64,000 nt of DNA from Cyanidioschyzon merolae (lineage: Eukaryota). How positions within the stretch are numbered: position 1 is the stretch's first letter; each line of letters starts with the position of its first letter. The DNA is taken from NCBI GenBank assembly GCA_000091205.1, contig AP006497.2, one strand, 5' to 3'. The position numbers and the translations under genes are program-made. Shown piece after piece: positions 53,409 through 64,000 of the stretch. The notes beneath the pieces are model-generated. The model searched no databases. It was not told the DNA's origin and saw only the letters and a list, made by a program, of their open reading frames with translations.

Positions 53409-56049
53409 GTGGATTATTGCGCGTGAGGCAGCGCGATATTTCTTCCACCTCGTTGATTGGGCGCTTCTCCCAGCGCGCATACATTCACACCGACGCATTC
53501 GATCACGCACCATTCTCTTCCTCGCCACCCTTCGTTCCCGGTACAATACTTTTCACAAAACGTGTAGATTATTACGAAATTCATTGCGGCACTTTGCACT
53601 GTCGCGGGCATATCGTACAGGACTTTCTGCTGAGTGCGATAACGCCTCCAAGGCTTCTAAGACATCATTGCGTTTGGCCTGCACGTTTCTGGATTATTCG
53701 CCCAGTCATTACTCTCTGCTGAGATAAAGATGAGACGTATGTTAGTAGGTCTTACAGCTGTTGGTTGAAGTCCGATGGTTCACCAACGATTCCTCCAGTG
53801 CGTCGTCGTTTACCACAGGCAGGCGGACTCCTCCTCGAGCCTCAACGAAGCGCTGGTGTATGGAGTCTCTTTCCCTGGCTTCAGGCCGACGCACTGTGCA
53901 TAGCGGAGAAGATTCACGAGGACATGCTTCTGCATTGCTTGATGTTCCACCGTGTCTTACCTCATCTGAGCAGAGGAGCGTTTGGGCTCTCAGTGGGCCG
54001 TGTACCGTGCAAGACGCCCGCGTTTGATGATTTTGGATGCAGCTACGTCATTGGTCTCGAAGGAGGACGCTACGTCTTGTCGTGATGGTGCGAATTCTTT
54101 GTTCCTTCTTTATTTCTTTCCCATACGCATCTATCTTTGCTTTCATTGACTTGTCGCTCCTCCTCCCGTTTTTGCGTTCCTTCGAAGCTTCGGGCCAAGA
54201 GCGCACAATTTCTTCCATGCACTCCAGGCAGTCGATAAGCTCCTCTTCTGCTTTGATGCTCTTCGTGTTGTGCATCAGAAGCATCTACGCCGCCTGTACG
54301 GAGGCGCCCCACTCAATCAAATTGGAAAAAAGCCTCATATCGAGGTGCTGGTAGGAGCGACTTAAAGATTCGATTGGAAAAGTAGAAAATTTCTTCCCTT
54401 CAGGGACACGGTACAGCACCCCAAATGCAGAAGCATCATCCCTTTCTTTTGCTGGTTACTCACAGGCGACAGCTGAATCATTTCTTTGGCGTATTCGTCT
54501 CGGAAAAGCATTCGACGGAGGTTTACAATGCTCCCTCTCTTTCCAGTCGATGGGCTTCGACGAAACGCCGATAACGAAGAGCTCCTTCATGTCGCCCGGA
54601 CTTGAGACCGACTCGTGGTTTTTTCGTTTCAACATCAACGAATACATCACCCGAGGGTGGAAGTGAACGCTGACGTGTTTCAGGCTCGCCGTGCATACTT
54701 TTCGTCCCAAGTGCCTCTTTGTTTTTCTGGAACGCTTTGAGTCTCGCAACGAGTGAAATCCTCGGCATCCGCAAATTTGTTCAGCTGAAAGACCGAAGAG
54801 CGTTCGGCGTCGATGAAAGCTCAGAGCGAGAGAGGAGTACTCGGCATGTACTCTGGAAGAGTGAGGGCATAGAAGGCGGTCGGTGTCAATAGTCTCTCAA
54901 AGAAATTCATCACTTTCACAAGGTCCTTGAAGTGAGGAATGTCCGCAGTCTTGTGCGAAAGGCAAGCATGTTGCTGGAGCTTGCTGAAAGAAATGCATAT
55001 TTACATGCGCAGGATGTGTGCTCCGGCAAGAGCAAGCACGCTCAGATGAATCCCTTTATGAGTGTAGCGTCGCAAAGTAGCGACACGCAAAGCTCCTCGT
55101 TCGCGTAGCTGCCCGAGCGTTGAGGTTCGTACAGCAAGGCGATCCGTCGAAAGGTGGCGACGTTCTCTGGGACGGGTATGCACCTCTGTTCGAAATGCTC
55201 TAGGATTTCTTTTTAGTCCTTAAACAGCTGTTTCCCTCTCTCACATGGTGTGGTTGGGCTGTGTGCCTCTGTTGACGAACCAGCAATTTATTGTCATTCT
55301 CAATTCATCTTTCAACTTTTTCCCTCACGTCTCTTCAGAAATCCGCCAACCTAAAACTTGGAAACCTTGTGCGAAACAAACCCTGGCAGGCCGGGCGGTT
55401 TCAATTGCGGCCTCTAAAGCGACGAGCACCAGTTCGTATTGAGGACAATCCAAGGTATTGACATGTGCATCCGCTTCCCCAGGTCAGTGCCTCGCGGAAC
55501 CGGAAGACGTTCTTCATTTGGCGAAACTATGGAAAATAAGTTCGAATGCATAAAATGATCCATCCTCTGGTCTCTACTCATTACCAACGGAAAAGTATTT
55601 GTGGAACGCGATTTTTCCACGAAGAAGAATATACTGGGGCGAAAATCCGGGTTTGAGGACGAGTTGAGAAATTTCGATATTTGCAAGCTCCCTTCTTGTG
55701 AAGATCTGATGCGCTCTTCGTGGAAAGCGATCGCTGGGATGACTGACGTCCGAGTCTTAGATACTTTTCTCTCCAAACAGAGGAGGTCGGAGCCTCTGAG
55801 AGCTTCTCTCGATTTTGGTACTATGCTGCTATCGAATGCCGTTTCATCGATGGCAGGACGGAGTAGGGGACCCTCCTTTTGAACAGAATCTATTGTATTA
55901 CCCTAGATGGTCAGTTACGTTCTAGAGTGATCTTGTCAACGAGTCTCCAACGAGCAGCCTCGAGTAATTTTTGTCGTCAACCCAGCAGTAAGCGAGACCT
56001 GCTGCGCCCACGACTTGTCTTGAAACATAAAGATAGAAAACTTGAAACA

Positions 56050-56370
56050 TGCATGATTTGAGCACCCAACTCGTAAGGAAGGAGGAAGAAAGGAGGCTTA
56101 TAAATACAAAATCGATCATGATACCGGGTATTTTACAATTGCTTGTTTGACAGCGTCGAGAATCAGCTTGATTTCAGTGACGCATGGAACTCCAGCGGCA
56201 GACTGTCGAAAGAGCCGCTCAGAAATGCCAACCGAGTGTTCTAAAATTAAGTATGAAACCATATGCCCTTATGGCTGATAGTCGAACGTTGACGCTGTAC
56301 ATCTAGAAAGAGTGCATAAAAACGAAAGACAAGAGAAGACCGAGCAGTTCATTATTCCATTGTGTTCGGC
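56050..56370 (-). repeat. Repeat family C, copy 2; contains an intact 48-aa small ORF (56116..56262, minus)
   Basis: See the 32770-33080 entry for the alignment. Minus-strand ORF: MVSYLILEHSVGISERLFRQSAAGVPCVTEIKLILDAVKQAIVKYPVS*. Confidence 0.5.
56116..56262 (-). CDS. Conserved small ORF (48 aa) within repeat family C; function unknown, could equally be a terminal exon or a pseudo-ORF
   Basis: Peptide aligns without gaps to the copy-1 remnant with mostly conservative replacements (GVPCVTEIKLILDAVKQAI versus ADICYVTGMRLIRDALKKAF), although nucleotide identity is only ~60-65%. Confidence 0.3.
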   Translation of the reverse strand: MVSYLILEHSVGISERLFRQSAAGVPCVTEIKLILDAVKQAIVKYPVS

Positions 56371-56893
56371 ATTGGCGGAGGCACAAGCATTCGCTCCACA
56401 GTGGCAAATCTCGAGCGAGTGCGTTTCTGGAGTTCTTCCACAGGCAAAAAGACCCGACCGCGTGTAACAATTTCCTCTGCTAGAAATAATCGATTACGTG
56501 CGTGGACTCCTCGGTGACCCTGCAGCAGTCGAATTTCTGCGTGCTTCGTGCGTATCGGCGCCCAAAACGCCCTTAGGCTGTGACTGGGCTGGACACGCTA
56601 AGGACTGACACGGGAGCCAGAGGCTGGGATCCAGCCTGGGCAGTTTGGGTTTGCTGGTCGCGTGGAATTATAAGCAGTGTAAATCACTTGTTCGGACTGA
56701 GGTGAGTGCCTTAAGTAACTTGGCTGTTTGCTGAACCAGCTCTCGTGCGTGCTGTTGGCGACTTTGGCTGGGTTGCACAAGCTTGGTGCCCAAGTTCGTA
56801 GCCCCCAAACGCCAGGTTCGAAGTGCACATTGGCCACGGTCTCGGCTTGTTTACTGACTTTGCGCTCTATGAAACCCGCAGTAGCTCAACAGG

Positions 56894-57787
56894 ATGGTCC
56901 GAGGCGAAGCCAGCTCCAGCAGCATGCCACGCGCTTTGAGCATCGCAGGCTCGGACTCGGGAGGCGGTGCCGGCATCCAAGCCGATCTGAAGACTTTTGA
57001 AGCCCTCGGCGTGTACGGCATGACCGTTATCACAGCGATCACGGCCCAGAATACGGTTGGAGTGCAGGCCGTGGAGGGTGTGTCTCCCGCTTTGGTTCGC
57101 GCCCAGTTACAGAGCGTTCTGAGCGACATCGGCGTTGACGCCATAAAGACTGGTATGCTTTTGGACTGCGGCACCATCAACGTGGTGGCAGATACCATAG
57201 AGAGCAGCGAACCAGCTGCCATGGCGCCTCTGGTCGTCGACCCAGTCATGGTGGCAAAGAGCGGCGACCGCTTGCTTGCCGCCGATGCAGTAGCGGCCTT
57301 GAAGACTCGTCTTGCACCGCTGGCAACGGTTCTAACGCCAAACATCCCCGAGGCCGAACAGCTGCTAGGTAGGCGCCTCACAATCGATAGCATGGATTCA
57401 ATGCGACGTGCACTTGTCGAGCTCATGGAGGAGTTGCCTGAAACGCGCGCAGTTCTTCTCAAGGGCGGCCACCTAGACTCCACTGGCAACGTCTGTGTTG
57501 ACCTGTTTAGCGATCGCGTACACGGCGGTCTAACTGAGCTTACACTTTCAAGACTTAGCTCGAGGAACAGTCACGGAACGGGCTGCACCACTGCATCGGC
57601 GATAGCTGCTGGCCTCGCTAAGGGCTACCCCTTGCTTAAAGCAGTTTACCTGAGCAAGCGATATGTGCACGGGTGCATTGAGCATGCCTTGCCGTTGGGC
57701 GCTGGGTGTGGTCCGCTCTTCCACGCACACCTTCAGGCAGCAGATGGTGCTCTCGATGCTAAGCTGAAGGAGCTTATCGGAGACTGA
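56894..57787 (+). CDS. Hydroxymethylpyrimidine/phosphomethylpyrimidine kinase (ThiD-type, thiamine biosynthesis)
   Basis: 297 aa. ALSIAGSDSGGGAGIQADLKTFEALGVYGMTVITAITAQNTVGV is the ThiD N-terminal signature. A ribokinase-family fold (GG motif, DPVMVAKSGD) continues throughout. Confidence 0.9.
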   Translation: MVRGEASSSSMPRALSIAGSDSGGGAGIQADLKTFEALGVYGMTVITAITAQNTVGVQAVEGVSPALVRAQLQSVLSDIGVDAIKTGMLLDCGTINVVADTIESSEPAAMAPLVVDPVMVAKSGDRLLAADAVAALKTRLAPLATVLTPNIPEAEQLLGRRLTIDSMDSMRRALVELMEELPETRAVLLKGGHLDSTGNVCVDLFSDRVHGGLTELTLSRLSSRNSHGTGCTTASAIAAGLAKGYPLLKAVYLSKRYVHGCIEHALPLGAGCGPLFHAHLQAADGALDAKLKELIGD

Positions 57788-58293
57788 GGCGACATCCCAG
57801 CAATCTTTCTGATTGGACTCAGAAGGATTGCCTCGGGCGCTGCAGCTACTTGCCGCGGTAAAGTAAACAGGAGAGAACAACCGTCCTTTCATGGAGCATC
57901 CACGGTGACCGGCCGCAAAGTGTGGGAGTGACTTGTCAGCGTCCCAAAGGTATGAAGGCCTCTTGCGGCTTTAGGCCACGAGTGATCCTCTATAGGCACC
58001 GACAGAAGAACCAACCCTGGACAGGGAGCACTTCATCGAGTTCGCTATTCGAGCAGTCCATTCCTTGCGGGTTTCAGGGTTCTGAATCGCGCGAGGCCCC
58101 CACCGCCCGGTTGCCTCCGACAAGAACCGCTCGCAGCACTGAGGGCCACCCGCGTATTGTTCGTGCTGTAGCGCGTCCCGAGAAGCTCCAGATCCAGCAC
58201 ACAGATGGGGGCATAGAGCGCATGCGCCTCATTCGTGTCATATCCTCGCCTGGAGAATATCTGTACGACACGAACCAGACAGAGCGTGATGTT

Positions 58294-58761
58294 CTACCGG
58301 CCGGTGCTCCCGAAACCCTTGCAGCCGCGTTGCGTTTCCTCCAGCTCGGCCACCTCCACAACTGGTGGTGTCTCGATCCGTTCCAGAATAAGCTGAGCAA
58401 TCCGCATCCCAACTTCGACCTGGAAGCATTCCTCGCCCAGGTTGAAAATCACAACACCGAGGTTCCCGCGGTAGTCCTGATCCACTACTCCAGCGCCGAG
58501 ATCGATACCGTGCTTCAGAGCCAGCCCGCTACGAGGTGCAACACGGCCATACGTGCCGACAGGTACGGCAACTGCTAGGTCAGTGCGGACGAGCGCGCGG
58601 CCTCCTGGTGGAATCTCGACGCTCTCAGCGGCAAAGAGGTCGTAGCCCGCCGCGTGCTCTGAAGACCGGAGAGGCAACGTAGCGCACTCACTCAATCGTT
58701 TCACACGTAATGCACCAGACTCTTGATTGCTTTCCGTTTGGCACATGGTGAACCTCTTCAC
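58294..58761 (-). CDS. DUT: dUTP pyrophosphatase (dUTPase)
   Basis: 155 aa with all five dUTPase motifs: AAGYDLFA, GRVAPRSGLALKHGIDLGAGVVDQDYRGNLGVVIFN, RIAQLILERI, RGCKGFGSTG. Confidence 0.9.
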   Translation of the reverse strand: MKRFTMCQTESNQESGALRVKRLSECATLPLRSSEHAAGYDLFAAESVEIPPGGRALVRTDLAVAVPVGTYGRVAPRSGLALKHGIDLGAGVVDQDYRGNLGVVIFNLGEECFQVEVGMRIAQLILERIETPPVVEVAELEETQRGCKGFGSTGR

Positions 58762-60192
58762 GCACTAGCAGCGAAGCAGTAGTACGGAAATGCAAATTCC
58801 CGCCAGATATGTTACCGATGCGCGAGCGCATATGGCCAGATTCATGGGTGGCGCGCGCTCAAGCCACACGAGACCATGTTTGCGTGCCGCGCGCGCAAAA
58901 TGCTACGAACAGCGTCCTAGTCAGCTGTATACTGCGCGGGAAATCATCCCTCAAATAGCTGCCTGAGTCGCGTCCAGTGAACGAGTCGGGAGCATGCTAT
59001 CTTGTGGTCTCGCAGCGCGGGAACGCTAGAGCCGCTGCTGGTGGGGCTGTATACGCTGACGCAGTTATTTAGGTGCGCTATTGTCTAATCGAATGTGGAT
59101 CCCACCGGCTGCACACAAGCACCTGAGGACGAGAGGAGCACCTGCCGTATCCGTTTGAGTACGCATATGTTCCAACAGCGTGAGAATGATCGCACGAAAG
59201 GGAATGGTCGCCAGATTGTGCTAATGACGAGCTGTCTCCGAGTGCTGAGCCTGCCTCGTGCGCCCACTGTAAATCTCTGTTTGCCGCCGGCGCGCCTGAG
59301 GCAACCGCTAGGTGCAGACGTAATGGCCTCGTGATTCCTTGTGGGCATCATCTCGAGGACGCAGGCGGTTTCATACTATTTGCATTCGTTTCCGAGTGCG
59401 CTCCTAGGCGTTTAAACACGGCACTGGCAGGTTGCGCTCTGCGCGAGGCGCCGCTGCAGTTCGTGCTGGCTCGAACGGGCTCGTTTCTTTCTCGCGCAAC
59501 GTGTGGCTACTGCAATTTGTGATTTGTAATTGCTTATTGCTGCATGAAGCCGCGTCCGAGGCATACTCTATGGAACTCGAGCCCGAGCACCGAGAGGATT
59601 GGTGCAAAACTCGAGCGAGCTTAGCAGATTTCGAGCTATACCTTCGTGGCGATGTTTGATGAGGGGACCTGGCATACGTTCCCGCAGCATCAGCTTCTTG
59701 CATAAATGTCCAATGGTTTGAGCATGCAATATCGCCTGTTATCTTTTTATTCTGAAGCAGCACGCGGCGATTGATTGTTGAGTTCACATCGGAGCAATTT
59801 AGGCGCTTGCCTCGTATTTGCGCCGGCTTGCATCTATTTTCAGAAAGTTGGCTTCTTGGGACCCTATAGCATCTGTACAACCGACTCCGCATCAAGTGGT
59901 TTCAGTTTTTTCCCATTGTGAGGAAAACATGCTTGCATTGGATCCGTTTCGGTAATGCATGCCCGGAGGCGCACCTGATGATGCAGCCGCGATTAGCTCT
60001 CGTGCGTTGCGGTCGTTGGCAGGATGCGTATCAACGTGTGATGTTCAAGTTGATCCTTAGTTGTACATAAAATTCTAATTCAGGTCAGCGCAATCGACAA
60101 CCATGCGTTTCGCACGCGTTGACGACGACGACATCAAACATTCATAAGTTTTTGGGGAACGACTTTCAAGAAGCTTACCTTTCTGCAAAATA

Positions 60193-62448
60193 ATGCTCGC
60201 ATACCTCTCAGCACCTTCACGACCGAGTGTGACGCTTTCTGAATTCTCTGGTCGCCGGGTTTGCCAGACGAAACGGAACGATTCTCTTCTGGGCGCTCGG
60301 GGGAGGTTTGCACCGGGCACGTGGGAGCGCGTAGTGCTCGGGCGTCGCGGTGGTTCCCGTACAGTCAGTCGTTTGCCTCAAGTGCGTGCAACAGCTACTG
60401 CTGGGGTATCGCTAGTGAAGCCAAAGCAGACGGGGAACGCGTTCGCTGACCTCTGCATCAACAGCATTCGTTTCCTGGCTGTCGACGCCGTAGAGAAGGC
60501 GAACTCTGGACACCCTGGAGCGCCCATGGGTCAGGCCCCGCTCGCGTTTACTCTTTGGGACAAGTATCTGCGCTTTAACCCCAAGAATCCGAACTGGGTC
60601 AATCGCGATCGTTTTGTGCTAAGCAGCGGCCACGGGTCAATGCTATTATATGCTTTGCTTCACCTCTATGGGTATGATCGTCCAACAATAGAAGATATCA
60701 AACAGTTTCGGCAGCTTGGTGCGGTAACCGCGGGTCACCCCGAGAACTTTCTTCTTCCTGGCGTTGAAGTGACCACAGGGCCTCTGGGCTCTGGTGTGGC
60801 ACAGGCTGTTGGTCTCGCTATCGCCGAAGCGCACCTCGGAGCAATGTTCAACACCCCACAGGAGAAGCTGATTGACCATTACACTTACTTTATCATGGGT
60901 GACGGATGTGCGCAGGAAGGTGTTGCCTCCGAGGCATCGTCTCTTGCAGGGCATTTACGACTGGGGAAGCTGATCGGTTTCTATGATGATAACAAAATAA
61001 CGATTGACGGGCACACTGATCTTTCATTCAGCGAGGATGTGGGTGCACGCTATGAGGCGTACGGTTGGCAGGTCCTGAGGGTTCCCAACGGTAATGAGGA
61101 TCTCGGAGCAATTGAGCAGGCCATCCTCACAGCAAAAAGCGATACAACGCGTCCATCACTGATAATTGTCTCGACTATTATTGGCTTTGGATCCCCTCAC
61201 AAAGCAGACACGCATGATGTTCACGGAGCTGCCCTCGGTGCCGACGAAGTCAAGGCAACGCGGGAGAATCTTGGATGGAAATATGCTCCTTTCGAGGTCC
61301 CAGAGGAGGTGCTGAAACATTGTCGCCGCAAGATCCAAGAGGGGGCACGTCTTGAACAGGAATGGAATGAGCTCTTGCAGCGGTACAAGAGTAAGCACCC
61401 AGAACAGGCTGCACTATTCGAGCGGATGGTGATTCGCAAGGAGAAGAGCCCTGGTTGGGAAAAGGCCCTCAAGGATTGTGCGGCAAAGACAGGCTCCATG
61501 GCTACGAGGCAAGTCTCCGGCGCAATGCTCAATGCGCTCGCTGCGGTGATGCCGGAGATCATCGGGGGATCTGCAGACCTGGCCCCTTCGAACAACACGC
61601 TCCTGAAGGGCTTTGGCGATTTCTCTCGTAACAACTACAAAGCCAAGAATATGCGCTTCGGTGTCCGCGAGGCAGCGATGACTGCGATCACCGCGGGCAT
61701 CAAGCTCCACAACACTGGACTGTTTCCCTACTGCGCGACTTTTCTGATATTCACCGATTACGCCCGGGGCATGCTCCGCCTTGCTGCCCTCTCCGAGGCG
61801 GGAATCACGTTCATTACAACGCACGACTCCGTCGCCTTAGGCGAGGATGGCCCCACGCACCAGCCCATCGAGCATCTGGCTAGCCTGCGAGCTATGCCGA
61901 ATGTGTACACGTTCCGTCCGTGCGATGCGAACGAGTGCGCAGCTGGCTATGCGCTCTCGATCCGGCATGATGACAAAGTCGTTCTGTTGGCGCTCACGCG
62001 ACAGAAGACGAACAAGCTCGAGACATCCTCATACGATGGTGCCCTGCGCGGAGCGTACGTGGTTTCGGATAATAGCCCTGCGGGCAAGCACCCGGATGTG
62101 ATCCTTATCGGAACAGGCTCCGAGGTGGACGTCGTCGTGGAGGCCGCCGATCAACTACGAACTAGCGATGCTTTGAATGTGCGCGTGGTGTCGATGCCCT
62201 GCATGGAGCTCTTTGAGGACCAGGATGCAGCTTATCAAGAGTCTGTGCTTCCTGCTGCCGTGCCTCGCAGCCGGAGGGTCGTATGTGAGGCTGCCTCAAG
62301 CTTCGGCTGGTCGAAGTATGCGGATCACTTTGTGTGCATCGATCGCTTCGGAGCGTCCGGCAAAGGGCCTGACCTGATGAAGTACTTTGGGATCACGCCG
62401 TCGAACGTAGCGAAGAAGGCGCGAGAGGCTGCAGGAAAAGGCGTTTGA
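60193..62448 (+). CDS. Transketolase, copy 2 (canonical active-site residues; same N-terminal presequence as copy 1)
   Basis: 751 aa. The central block matches canonical TK (yeast TKL1-like): [111 protein letters not shown]. Confidence 0.95.
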   Translation: MLAYLSAPSRPSVTLSEFSGRRVCQTKRNDSLLGARGRFAPGTWERVVLGRRGGSRTVSRLPQVRATATAGVSLVKPKQTGNAFADLCINSIRFLAVDAVEKANSGHPGAPMGQAPLAFTLWDKYLRFNPKNPNWVNRDRFVLSSGHGSMLLYALLHLYGYDRPTIEDIKQFRQLGAVTAGHPENFLLPGVEVTTGPLGSGVAQAVGLAIAEAHLGAMFNTPQEKLIDHYTYFIMGDGCAQEGVASEASSLAGHLRLGKLIGFYDDNKITIDGHTDLSFSEDVGARYEAYGWQVLRVPNGNEDLGAIEQAILTAKSDTTRPSLIIVSTIIGFGSPHKADTHDVHGAALGADEVKATRENLGWKYAPFEVPEEVLKHCRRKIQEGARLEQEWNELLQRYKSKHPEQAALFERMVIRKEKSPGWEKALKDCAAKTGSMATRQVSGAMLNALAAVMPEIIGGSADLAPSNNTLLKGFGDFSRNNYKAKNMRFGVREAAMTAITAGIKLHNTGLFPYCATFLIFTDYARGMLRLAALSEAGITFITTHDSVALGEDGPTHQPIEHLASLRAMPNVYTFRPCDANECAAGYALSIRHDDKVVLLALTRQKTNKLETSSYDGALRGAYVVSDNSPAGKHPDVILIGTGSEVDVVVEAADQLRTSDALNVRVVSMPCMELFEDQDAAYQESVLPAAVPRSRRVVCEAASSFGWSKYADHFVCIDRFGASGKGPDLMKYFGITPSNVAKKAREAAGKGV

Positions 62449-63952
62449 GGACGCCGCGGAAGCAGCGGTTCTGTGCCGGGCAAAGATTTTCAAGCGGCGT
62501 TTGCTGCGGCAACGCTCTGCGGAATGGGAACGCTTTGGAAGAGAGTATTCTTGCAGGGTCTAAACACGGCTGTAGTATCCCGCGTGATCACGTTGGGCCT
62601 CATCGTTCTCGTTCGCAAATGCGTTCCGTAGAACGTGCTGTTCTCTAGGGTAACAACGGCTGGGTACGCGGCAGCTGCATCGCCTCTGGGCTGGAGCGGG
62701 TCCTGCGGTTTTGAACCGTTGTCCACCTCGAAGGTTTTCTCCCGCCGATGGCGTCCGGGTTGGAGCACCTCCAACGGGCGCTCTGGAGACGGGGCCTTCC
62801 GTGCTTCAGCCTTGACTGGCTCACGCAAGCACACGAACGTTACCCAGACGTTGAAGAACTCGTAACGTTTGCTCTGGAAACAGTCGACTTTGAGGACCGG
62901 CGCGTCGTCGAGAGAGGCAGCCTTCCTGCGGAGGCACAGCCAGCGCTGCTCTCCAAGGAAGACGGCGTGGTCGTTCCCATACGCGGGGAGCTTCTCGTTT
63001 TTCAGGTGCTGGACGTTGCGGACGTCAGCGCCGCTGAGGAAAAAGCGGATCTTCCAAGCGGGCCCGAGCGCACTCTGAAGCTTCTGCTGACGGACGGTCG
63101 CCTCGAGTTGGCCGCTATCGAGGACGCTCCGATACCGGACCTCGGAACGAGTCTCCCTCGTTGCACGAAAGTCTGTGTGCGGAAACCTATGCTGCTGCAC
63201 GGGTTGCTGGTGCTGCGTCCCGAGAACACGTCCGTAGTGAGGCCTCGGCCGAGCTGCATATAGAAGGAGTGGCTGCGGCTGCCGCTTGGGCGTATCGCAA
63301 ACGAGTTCTTGGTGATGCATCGGGCGAGCAGCTGCCGCGTCCAGCTCGAGTGTCGGACCGAATATCGCCTGTTTGATGATGTATCTGCGTGGAGCTTTCG
63401 AGATGGATACGCTTGTACGAAAAATGATCGTAGGTGTGGCATGCCTGCATGCTCGAGACACCGGCAGGATGCGTTCTACGACTGTGCCTCGGAGGCTCGT
63501 GCAGAACGCTGCCGAGACGTGCACACTGGCGCTGTGGCGCTTTCGGGCTACGGAAGTCTGGAAAGAGCGTTCTCCAAGCTTTGCACAACGCCTATGCCGG
63601 TACCTGCAAGACCACGCTGTGTCGTGAGGCACCCCTGGTTCCCATGGGTCATGCTTCAGAGCGCGAGTGAAGCGCCGCGGATGCTGCTCCATAGCAGAAT
63701 AGGTGCGGTGCTAGATCGAACTAGCGGCCTGATCTAATATGCACGCTGGTGCGTGAAAGTCTTCCATGCACATTTTGGGATATGGAATCGAGTGCGTAGC
63801 AGAAGATTGCGCAAGACTGTTTCGATGCATGCGAGTGCGCACGCTGTGACGCAGCAGGGGATTTGCGAGCCTCGGCTGGCAGGGCCCCCAGCCGGCGTCC
63901 ACGAGGGAATAGCTGAGCTGTCCCGTCTGTGTGTGGCGTTCGCAGTAGCAGT

Positions 63953-63985
<33 letters not shown>

Positions 63986-64000
63986 GCGCTCGACTCCAGA
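60199..64000 (+). repeat. Segmental duplication unit 2 (mate of 45899-49700); truncated by the window end
   Basis: See unit 1. Confidence 0.9.
62748..63263 (+). CDS. RMI1-like OB-fold protein, copy 2 (identical to 48448..48963)
   Basis: Identical 171-aa translation at +14300 offset. Confidence 0.6.
   Translation: MASGLEHLQRALWRRGLPCFSLDWLTQAHERYPDVEELVTFALETVDFEDRRVVERGSLPAEAQPALLSKEDGVVVPIRGELLVFQVLDVADVSAAEEKADLPSGPERTLKLLLTDGRLELAAIEDAPIPDLGTSLPRCTKVCVRKPMLLHGLLVLRPENTSVVRPRPSCI

Noticed and set aside
54450-54780. Two short minus-strand ORFs (MRMPRISLVARLKAFQKNKEAL... / ...FVIGVSSKPIDWKEREHC...) that might be exons of a small ribosomal-type protein
   Set aside because: I compared them mentally against several small ribosomal proteins, GroES and Nop10 and found no convincing match. 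There is no evidence for a splice junction, so they are left uncalled.
57922-58578. 218-aa plus-strand ORF
   Set aside because: It overlaps and is antisense to the well-supported dUTPase gene.
1-64000. Possibility of a prokaryotic defence island / CRISPR array, prompted by TnpB-like motifs and many repeats
   Set aside because: There are no short direct-repeat/spacer arrays. The gene content is unambiguously eukaryotic (bystin, VDAC, TBCA, DDX54, LSD1). The TnpB-like fragments are degenerate relics inside eukaryotic transposon copies (Fanzor context), not an intact RNA-guided nuclease locus.

Overview
This is a gene-dense window with no visible introns and GC of roughly 55%; it is eukaryotic nuclear DNA, because it encodes bystin, VDAC, tubulin cofactor A, a DDX54/Dbp10 helicase and an LSD1-type demethylase. 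The compact uninterrupted genes on both strands, putative transit-peptide extensions on transketolase and G6P isomerase, and a tRNA with a short anticodon-loop intron fit an intron-poor alga such as a cyanidialean red alga (low-confidence inference). I called 24 protein genes: DnaJ/Hsp40 (partial, missed by the ORF track), V-PPase, LSD1-like, an ABC-B half transporter, DDX54/Dbp10, bystin, a class IV aminotransferase, VDAC, TauE/SafE, a WD-like protein, TBCA, an SDR, transketolase x2, an RMI1-like OB-fold protein x2, G6P isomerase, ThiD, dUTPase, and four hypotheticals, two of which are identical copies of one 364-aa membrane protein. I also called one intron-containing tRNA (predicted Ile-GAU). 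The unusual content is repeat architecture: (i) a dispersed ~1.3-2.6 kb element family (4 copies) carrying degenerate relics of a Tc1/mariner-type DDE transposase C-terminus and a TnpB/Fanzor-like RuvC-III tail; (ii) two copies of that family in inverted orientation forming a ~5.8 kb palindrome whose inner 1.27 kb arms are 100% identical and each encode the same 364-aa type-II membrane protein; (iii) a tandem segmental duplication of >=3.8 kb (period 14.3 kb) holding two transketolase genes that are identical at both ends but mosaic-diverged in the middle, including a His-to-Tyr change at a conserved active-site motif; (iv) a second repeat family forming another inverted pair, with a very conserved ~60-nt core; (v) a third two-copy repeat with a conserved ~48-aa small ORF. 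No prokaryotic-style defence system or CRISPR array is present. Perfect palindromes and tandem duplications are also classic assembly artefacts, so they need read-level confirmation.
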